DNA from: Candidatus Sericytochromatia bacterium
GTDB taxonomy: Bacteria; Cyanobacteriota; Sericytochromatia; S15B-MN24; UBA4093
Assembly (NCBI GenBank): GCA_036676495.1
Contig: JAKFCT010000030.1
Location: forward strand, 1 to 64,000
Direction of reading: 5' to 3'
Length of the DNA: 64,000 bases
Both the position numbers and the translations under genes were made by a program. Positions 58,481-64,000 of the stretch are shown here, in pieces; the first letter of the stretch is position 1, and every line of letters starts with the position of its first letter. Under the pieces are notes generated by a model that worked only from the letters and a program-made list of their open reading frames with translations, had not been told where the DNA came from and searched no databases.

Positions 58481-58561
58481 GGCGGGTCTCCTTTCCGGGG
58501 GTCCACCTGGGTTGTCCCCGTTCAGAGGCCGTTAAGCGGTAAAATCGACGCGAAAGCGCAG

Positions 58562-61500
58562 TTAACTTTGAGTTAAAGGCGCTCCGACCCGGACGACATG
58601 GTCGGTCCACTGCTCGAAGGTGTCGTCGTGCGAGATGACGACCAGCTGGGTGAAGCCCTTGAGCTCGCCAATCGAGAAGGCGAGGTTCTGGCGGCGGTTC
58701 TCGTCCATGTTGGTGGTCGGCTCGTCGAAGAACGCGATGTCGATCGCCGACATCTCCTTGAGCAGGGCGAGGCGGACGGAAAGCGCCGCGGCCATCTGCT
58801 CGCCTCCCGAGAGGCTCGCGAAGGGCCGCTCGCGACCGTCTTCCTCGAGCAGGATCTCGTAGTCGGAGTTCCAGCGCAAGTGGACGTGATGGTTGCCGGT
58901 GATGTCGCGGAAGAGGCGATCCGCCTCCAGGGAGATGTTGAGGAGGTACGCTTCCGTGATGTAGGGGCCCGCCTCCTTGAGGGTGGCGCGCGCGAACTCC
59001 ACGAAGGCCGCGAGCCCTGCGAGCCGCTCCCGCTCCTGAAGGGTATCCGCCAGTTCGACCTGGATCCGCTGCAGCTCGGCGATTTCCTTGGCGGTCGTCG
59101 CGCTTTGCTGTTCCAGGAAGACGACGTTCTGCTCCATACGGATCGCCTCGGCGGCATGCGCCTCGACCCGATCCCTCAGCGCCTGGTGGTCCTCCTGGCG
59201 ATACGCCAGACGGCTACTCTCCAGGGACTTCGAGACCTTTCGCAACGCTTCGCTCAGCTCGTCGAGACGCTTCTGGGCCTCGGCCAGGCTTGCCTGGCGA
59301 GCCGGCAGCTCGCCGGCGGTGGTCGAGAGGGTGAGGAAGCGCCGGTAACCGGGTTCCGTGGCTTCCTTGGCCAGGGTCTCGCGTTGCCAGCGTTCGTCGA
59401 GGTCGGAGAACGGATCGAGTTCGAGGGCCAGCTGGCGCAGCCGCTGCTGGGCGGCCTGCTCGCGGGCGAGGCGGTCCTCGCGCTCGCGTTCGAGCTGGGG
59501 GCGGCGCTCCAGGTTCTTGGCGATCGCCCCATGCCGCGACCGCGGATCCCCCAGCTGCTTCAGCTCCTGCTCACGCGCGGCCAGCTTCGGCGCCACCCCG
59601 GCAAGCTCGCTCAAGCGCTGACGATCCGCCTCGCACTCGCGCTGCCGGGACTCCGTCTCCGCCCTGAGCGCCTCGAGCTGACTCGCCAGCCGGTCCCGCG
59701 ATTCCAGCCTCACGGCCGCTTCGCGCGCCTTAGCGAGTTCCTCGCCCAGGCGCTTGGCTTCCTGCTGCAGCCTTTCCAGCTCGGCCGGATCCAGACGGAC
59801 CTGGCTCAGGGCCACGACCTCCCGAATCTGGGCCTCCATCGCCTGGATGGAGGCCGTCAGGCCGTCTCGCTGGCGCTCCAGCTCGCTCAGGCCCGCGACC
59901 TCGCGCTCGGCCGCCTTGGCCTCCTGGTAGCGCTTGCGCAACGCGTCCCGCTCCCGGGTCCGCTCGGCGATCTCGCGCTCGCGCTCGGCAATCTGCGCCG
60001 CGAAGTACTCCGCCGCGGTCTGCCCTTCCAGGACCGGACAGCCCACCAGCAGGATGGGGCAGGCATTTCCGCCCTTGAAATCCGACTGCGCCTTGCGGTC
60101 CCGCTCCAGGGCGCCTTCCAGGCGAGAAACCTGATCGCTGAGCGCCTGGCCCTTCTCCCGAATCGCCGGCTCCTCGGCAGCCAGGTCCTTGAGCTTCGCC
60201 TTCCTGGAGATGAGCTGCGAGACCTCGTCGAGCTGCTTCTGGTCCTTGGCCTGTCCCTCACGCAGATGCGATAGCCGCTGCTCGGACTCCTTTTGAGCCT
60301 GCAGCTTTTCCTGAAGCTCGGCTTGCCGCTTGGTTGCCGCCTCCTGGGCCGACTCCAGCCCAGGAACGCGCTCGGCATCGGGGCGCAGGGCTTCTAGACC
60401 CGCCAGATCCTTGGCGAGCGCCTCGAGTTGCTCCTGCCGGGTCGCCAGCTCGCGTTCGAGCCGGACGATCTTGGCCTCCCGTTCCTTGGCCTCGGTAACC
60501 TGCCGCTCCAGCTCCCGAACTTCCCGCTCCAGCGCTTCCTGGGCTTGCACCTTGGGGGCGAGAAGCTCGAATTCCTGGCGCTCGGCATCGAGCGCCGTCA
60601 GCTGACCCTGAAGCGACTGGATTTCGGCCGACAGGACCGATTGCTCTCGGAGGGTCTCGGCCTGGCGCTTGACGATCTCCTCGCGCCGGACGCGATCCTC
60701 CGAGAGGCGCTTCAGCGCGGCCTCGGCCTCCTGGTAGGCCCGGTGATCCGGGGCGGCCTTCGCCGCGTCGTCGCTGGCCGACTGCGCCTCCGCCACGCGG
60801 GCGGCGTGCGAGGCGACTTCTTTTTCGGCGGCCTCCCGCTGGGTCGTCACCAGGCGGAACTGGTTCTCCTCGGCCTGCATGCGCTCGAAGAGGGCATCGG
60901 TTTCGGCCAGGCGCGATTTCCAGAGGGCTAGTTCCCGGCGGCTTCCCTCCAGCTTCCGGGAGGTGTCCTCCAGCTGCATTGCCAGCTGCTCCCGCTGCCG
61001 CTCGAGTTCGGGCAGGCGCATGAGTTGCCCATGGAAGCCCGCCAGCTTCATATCCACCTCGTTGACCCGGCCGTTGAGGTGCGTATGCGTCTCCTTGAGG
61101 GCATCGGAGGACTTCCGGTACTCCTCGACCCGGAGGACCCGGTCGAAGACGGCTTTGCGGCGGACGGCCGTCTCGGCGAAGATGGCCGTGAACGTTCCCT
61201 GCGGCACCCCAATCGCCGTCCTGAACAGCTCTTCCAGGTCGGTGTCGGGCTCGACGCCCAGGTGCAGGCGAAGCCAGGAGAGGACGTCGGCTTTTTGCTC
61301 GGCGAGTTTGGTCTTCGTCTGGGGATCGTAGACGTAGTACGAGGCGCGGGTGTTGCGCACCACGGTGTAAGACCGCCCGTCCAGGCTGGATTCGAAGGTG
61401 ACTCGGACCGTCCCCGTCTTGGCGCCCTTCCTCAGGAAGTCTTCCTTCTTGTAGGGCAAGGTGTCGAAGAGCGCGTAGCCGATGGCTTCGAGGATGGTGG

Positions 61501-61609
61501 ACTTGCCCGCGCCGTTGGGGCCCGAGATGGCGTTGGTTCCCGTCGTGAAGGTGTAGGACGCCGACTCGTAGCGCTTGATGTCCTCGAGCTCGACCGAAAC
61601 GATGTGCAT
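58562..61609 (-). CDS. sbcC: SbcC/Rad50 SMC-like ATPase
   Basis: GPNGAGKSTI, long coiled coil with central CPILLVGC, LSGGE, FFDEPT, ISHD. Confidence 0.93.
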   Translation of the reverse strand: MHIVSVELEDIKRYESASYTFTTGTNAISGPNGAGKSTILEAIGYALFDTLPYKKEDFLRKGAKTGTVRVTFESSLDGRSYTVVRNTRASYYVYDPQTKTKLAEQKADVLSWLRLHLGVEPDTDLEELFRTAIGVPQGTFTAIFAETAVRRKAVFDRVLRVEEYRKSSDALKETHTHLNGRVNEVDMKLAGFHGQLMRLPELERQREQLAMQLEDTSRKLEGSRRELALWKSRLAETDALFERMQAEENQFRLVTTQREAAEKEVASHAARVAEAQSASDDAAKAAPDHRAYQEAEAALKRLSEDRVRREEIVKRQAETLREQSVLSAEIQSLQGQLTALDAERQEFELLAPKVQAQEALEREVRELERQVTEAKEREAKIVRLERELATRQEQLEALAKDLAGLEALRPDAERVPGLESAQEAATKRQAELQEKLQAQKESEQRLSHLREGQAKDQKQLDEVSQLISRKAKLKDLAAEEPAIREKGQALSDQVSRLEGALERDRKAQSDFKGGNACPILLVGCPVLEGQTAAEYFAAQIAEREREIAERTRERDALRKRYQEAKAAEREVAGLSELERQRDGLTASIQAMEAQIREVVALSQVRLDPAELERLQQEAKRLGEELAKAREAAVRLESRDRLASQLEALRAETESRQRECEADRQRLSELAGVAPKLAAREQELKQLGDPRSRHGAIAKNLERRPQLEREREDRLAREQAAQQRLRQLALELDPFSDLDERWQRETLAKEATEPGYRRFLTLSTTAGELPARQASLAEAQKRLDELSEALRKVSKSLESSRLAYRQEDHQALRDRVEAHAAEAIRMEQNVVFLEQQSATTAKEIAELQRIQVELADTLQERERLAGLAAFVEFARATLKEAGPYITEAYLLNISLEADRLFRDITGNHHVHLRWNSDYEILLEEDGRERPFASLSGGEQMAAALSVRLALLKEMSAIDIAFFDEPTTNMDENRRQNLAFSIGELKGFTQLVVISHDDTFEQWTDHVVRVGAPLTQS

Positions 61610-62890
61610 CTAGTCCTCCCCGGCGGCTGACGCGAGCTTCCCGGTCAGCTCCTGGGCCACGAAGTCCGCGATGTCCGAGGGGGCGTCTCCGGCGAGCGCC
61701 CGGTTCTTCAGCGAGACCACGATCTGCGAGAAGCGGTCCGCGTCCTGGCCGTAGCGGGAGTCGCGCGCGACCAGGTCCCGCATGATCTCGCGTTCGAGCT
61801 GCTTGCGGTCGGTCCCGATGGAGACTCCCGGGGCCACGGCGTACTCAGCCGGCACGGCATCGTAGCGGATCCTCACCAGCAGGGGATCGAGGTGCTTCAA
61901 GACCAGGGCCTCGACCTTGGCGAGCTCCAGCTCATGGCGCTTGAAGCCCAGCACGCCGGCGAGCGTGACCTCGACGACGGGGCGATCGCGGTGCGTCTCG
62001 CGGTTGGCGGCGATCTCGCCCTCCAAGGCGGCCAGGACCGCCTCGGGAGTGGCATGCCCCGTCACGTCGAAGCGCAAGCGCTGGAAGGGGCGTTGCGTGT
62101 CGAATTCCTGATGGTCGATGTGGCGGGCCTGATGCCGCCCCGTCGCGGGATCGACCTCCACCAGGTAGGCGCCCCGCACCTCGGCGTACTCGGCGACGTT
62201 ACAGGACTCGGTCGAGCCCGGGTTATAGATCCAGCCGCCTTCCTCGTAGCGCTTGTGGATATGCCCCAGCGCCAGGTAGGTGACGCCCGCCTCCTTGAGG
62301 GGAAGCAGTTGGTGATGGCTCAGGCCGCCCGAATACGAGTCGATGTAGCCCTCGAGCCCCGCGTGGAAGAGCATGATCTGGGCAGGGCAGGGCGGCAGGC
62401 TCGAGATGGCCTCGGCCAACGGCGCGATGACGGTCGCCGTGCTCGACCCGTACCACCGAGAGCCGATGATCCGGACGCCTCCGTGGTCGAGGTAGCCGCC
62501 GCGCCTCCCGTCCCAGGGGTGAAGGGTGATGCGGCCGTCCTCGGCGTGATCCGGCTCGAGGAGGCGGAACCAGTCCCAGTCCGAGAGGTAGCGCAGCCAG
62601 CTCACCCCGTCATGGGGGCCGCTGCGGTCATGGTTGCCCTCGATGGCGTAGACCGGGATGCCGGCGTCCTTGAGCTCCTTGAAGATGAGGGTCGCCTGGG
62701 TCAGCACGCGCGGCTCGATGTTCCGGCGATCGAAGAGGTCCCCGGCCACCACGACGAAATCCACTCCCTCGGCGATCGCGAAGCGGCGGATCACCGCATG
62801 GAGCGCGTAGAAGAAGTCGCGCATCCGATCGTCGTTCTGGTACTGGTTGTTTCCCAGGTGGATATCGGCGAGGTGGAGGAACTTGAGCAT
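61610..62890 (-). CDS. sbcD: SbcD/Mre11 nuclease
   Basis: ADIHLG, AGDLFD, GNHD, ALGHIH, YNPGS. Confidence 0.93.
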   Translation of the reverse strand: MLKFLHLADIHLGNNQYQNDDRMRDFFYALHAVIRRFAIAEGVDFVVVAGDLFDRRNIEPRVLTQATLIFKELKDAGIPVYAIEGNHDRSGPHDGVSWLRYLSDWDWFRLLEPDHAEDGRITLHPWDGRRGGYLDHGGVRIIGSRWYGSSTATVIAPLAEAISSLPPCPAQIMLFHAGLEGYIDSYSGGLSHHQLLPLKEAGVTYLALGHIHKRYEEGGWIYNPGSTESCNVAEYAEVRGAYLVEVDPATGRHQARHIDHQEFDTQRPFQRLRFDVTGHATPEAVLAALEGEIAANRETHRDRPVVEVTLAGVLGFKRHELELAKVEALVLKHLDPLLVRIRYDAVPAEYAVAPGVSIGTDRKQLEREIMRDLVARDSRYGQDADRFSQIVVSLKNRALAGDAPSDIADFVAQELTGKLASAAGED

Positions 62891-63382
62891 CTAGCCGAGC
62901 GCCTCGCGGATCCGGGCGGGAACTTGCTTCTTGAGCCAGAAGATGATGGCGACGCTGGCGGCGATGAGGGCGATGCCGACCCAGAGCAGCGAGCGGCCGC
63001 CCATCAGGGGAAGCGCGAAGCCGATGAAGGCCGGGATCTCGAAGCACGTCGCGGTCAGGATGACCCGCTTGCGCAGCAGCTGGGCGCGAGGAGTCAGGCC
63101 GGGCTCGCGCTCCTTGGCGCCGAACTTGCGCGCCGGGACATCTTTGAGAGCCTCGAGGCGGGTTTTCTGCCAGAGGATCCAGCCTCCGCCGAGACCGACG
63201 GCCGTCAGGACGAGCGCTCCGATGAGCGACGGAACGACCAGGGCGTTATCGCCGGGGAAGGAGCCGGGACGCATGGTGAGCAGGAGCAGCAAGAGGCCGC
63301 CATAGAGGGCGCCCCAGATGAGCAGGGTCGAGAGCGAGCGCTGGAGGCTCTGGGTCAAGGTGAGGGTTTCGATGGACGACAT
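62891..63382 (-). CDS. Four-TM membrane protein abutting sbcD
   Basis: AAGGGAG RBS before MSSIETL; four hydrophobic segments; stop directly precedes the sbcD ATG. Confidence 0.75.
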   Translation of the reverse strand: MSSIETLTLTQSLQRSLSTLLIWGALYGGLLLLLLTMRPGSFPGDNALVVPSLIGALVLTAVGLGGGWILWQKTRLEALKDVPARKFGAKEREPGLTPRAQLLRKRVILTATCFEIPAFIGFALPLMGGRSLLWVGIALIAASVAIIFWLKKQVPARIREALG

Positions 63383-63616
63383 GAGGACTCCCTTGGAATG
63401 GACAGGCGAGCCCTTCCATTCTAGCAGACGGCTGCAGGGATGCGGGCCTGCGGCGGTCCCGGGGGGACGGCGAACGCGTGCGATGGCGTTCGGGAGGCGC
63501 GGAGACCTCGCGAACGCGCTTCGGACGCGGCGCATGAACAGTTATGCGGGCGAGACGCTTGCGCCCGAAGCGTTCAACGCGTAGCATGAGGCGCAATTGC
63601 GCTCAAGGAGGAAGCC

Positions 63617-64000
63617 ATGGCCCGTAAACCCCGTCACGTCTCCCCGTCCGACCCGGAAATGCTGCCCCGCCGGAAACGCTCGGCCATCGTGGGCATCGGG
63701 GTCGGCATCCTCGCCGCGGGGCTGGTGCTCTCGTCGCTGGGCCCGCTGGCGATGCTCTTCGACGGCCCTCCGGCCGCGGAAGCTCCGCATGATCACGAGG
63801 CTCATGCCGCCGACGACGCGCGCCTCAAATCCCTCGAAGCGGCCGCCCAGAGCAATCCGCAGAATGCCGCGGGCCTGATCGCCTTGGGCAATGCCTATTT
63901 CGACTCCGGCAAGTTCCCCCAGGCGGCCGAGACCTACACCAAGGCCCTCGCCCTGACTCCGACGAATCCGGACGTCCGGGTGGACATGGGCACGGCGCTC
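63617..64000 (+). CDS. Membrane-anchored TPR protein (3'-truncated by window)
   Basis: AAGGAGG RBS; MARKPRH..., TM helix, LIALGNAYFDSGKFPQAAETYTKALALTPTNPDVRVDMG. Confidence 0.85.
   Translation, partial: MARKPRHVSPSDPEMLPRRKRSAIVGIGVGILAAGLVLSSLGPLAMLFDGPPAAEAPHDHEAHAADDARLKSLEAAAQSNPQNAAGLIALGNAYFDSGKFPQAAETYTKALALTPTNPDVRVDMGTAL

Noticed and set aside
4069-62780. Frequent GCGATCGC as the cyanobacterial HIP1 repeat
   Set aside because: Most copies I saw are inside genes as Ala-Ile-Ala-type codons; enrichment cannot be claimed without a codon-aware count
58562-62890. SMC ATPase plus nuclease as a Wadjet or Lamassu defence system
   Set aside because: The partner is a canonical Mre11/SbcD phosphoesterase; no kleisin, KITE or effector genes

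Overview
High-GC (visually about 65-70%) chromosomal window from a diderm bacterium. Omp85 barrels, many lipoproteins, a DUF1997-like gene, a SigF/SigB-type sigma factor and Firmicute-like dprA-topA-trmFO-xerC order are compatible with a non-photosynthetic Cyanobacteria relative such as Sericytochromatia; this is inference only. Housekeeping genes: glyQS (partial), ppsR-ppdK, trpD, HU, leuS, beta-carbonic anhydrase, dprA-topA-trmFO, tdk-xerC, sbcCD. Signalling genes: mglB-mglA-GAF/GGDEF, and a histidine kinase plus GGDEF/degenerate HD-GYP. Peptide import: two Opp/Dpp ABC sets and an OPT. The best candidate for an undescribed system is a 15-19 kb locus with two head-to-head zinc-peptidase/beta-propeller/Omp85-barrel paralogs, a lipoprotein zinc protease, an HTH-less WYL protein and a full opp operon, which may be an outer-membrane protein-foraging system. 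Other notable items: an 11-bp-phased TTAA(C) motif before several orphan genes, a lipoprotein with a colicin-D-like RNase domain, a defective IS5 carrying an immunity-like passenger gene and inserted in a stop codon, several structured-RNA candidates (one before an unannotated 45-aa Cys4 protein), a REP-flanked 26-bp repeat unit, three KGG stress proteins, a Tyr/Arg-rich lipoprotein and a probable ATT start codon. No rRNA, tRNA or CRISPR array was recognised. All family calls come from motif recognition by eye; no database search was run.
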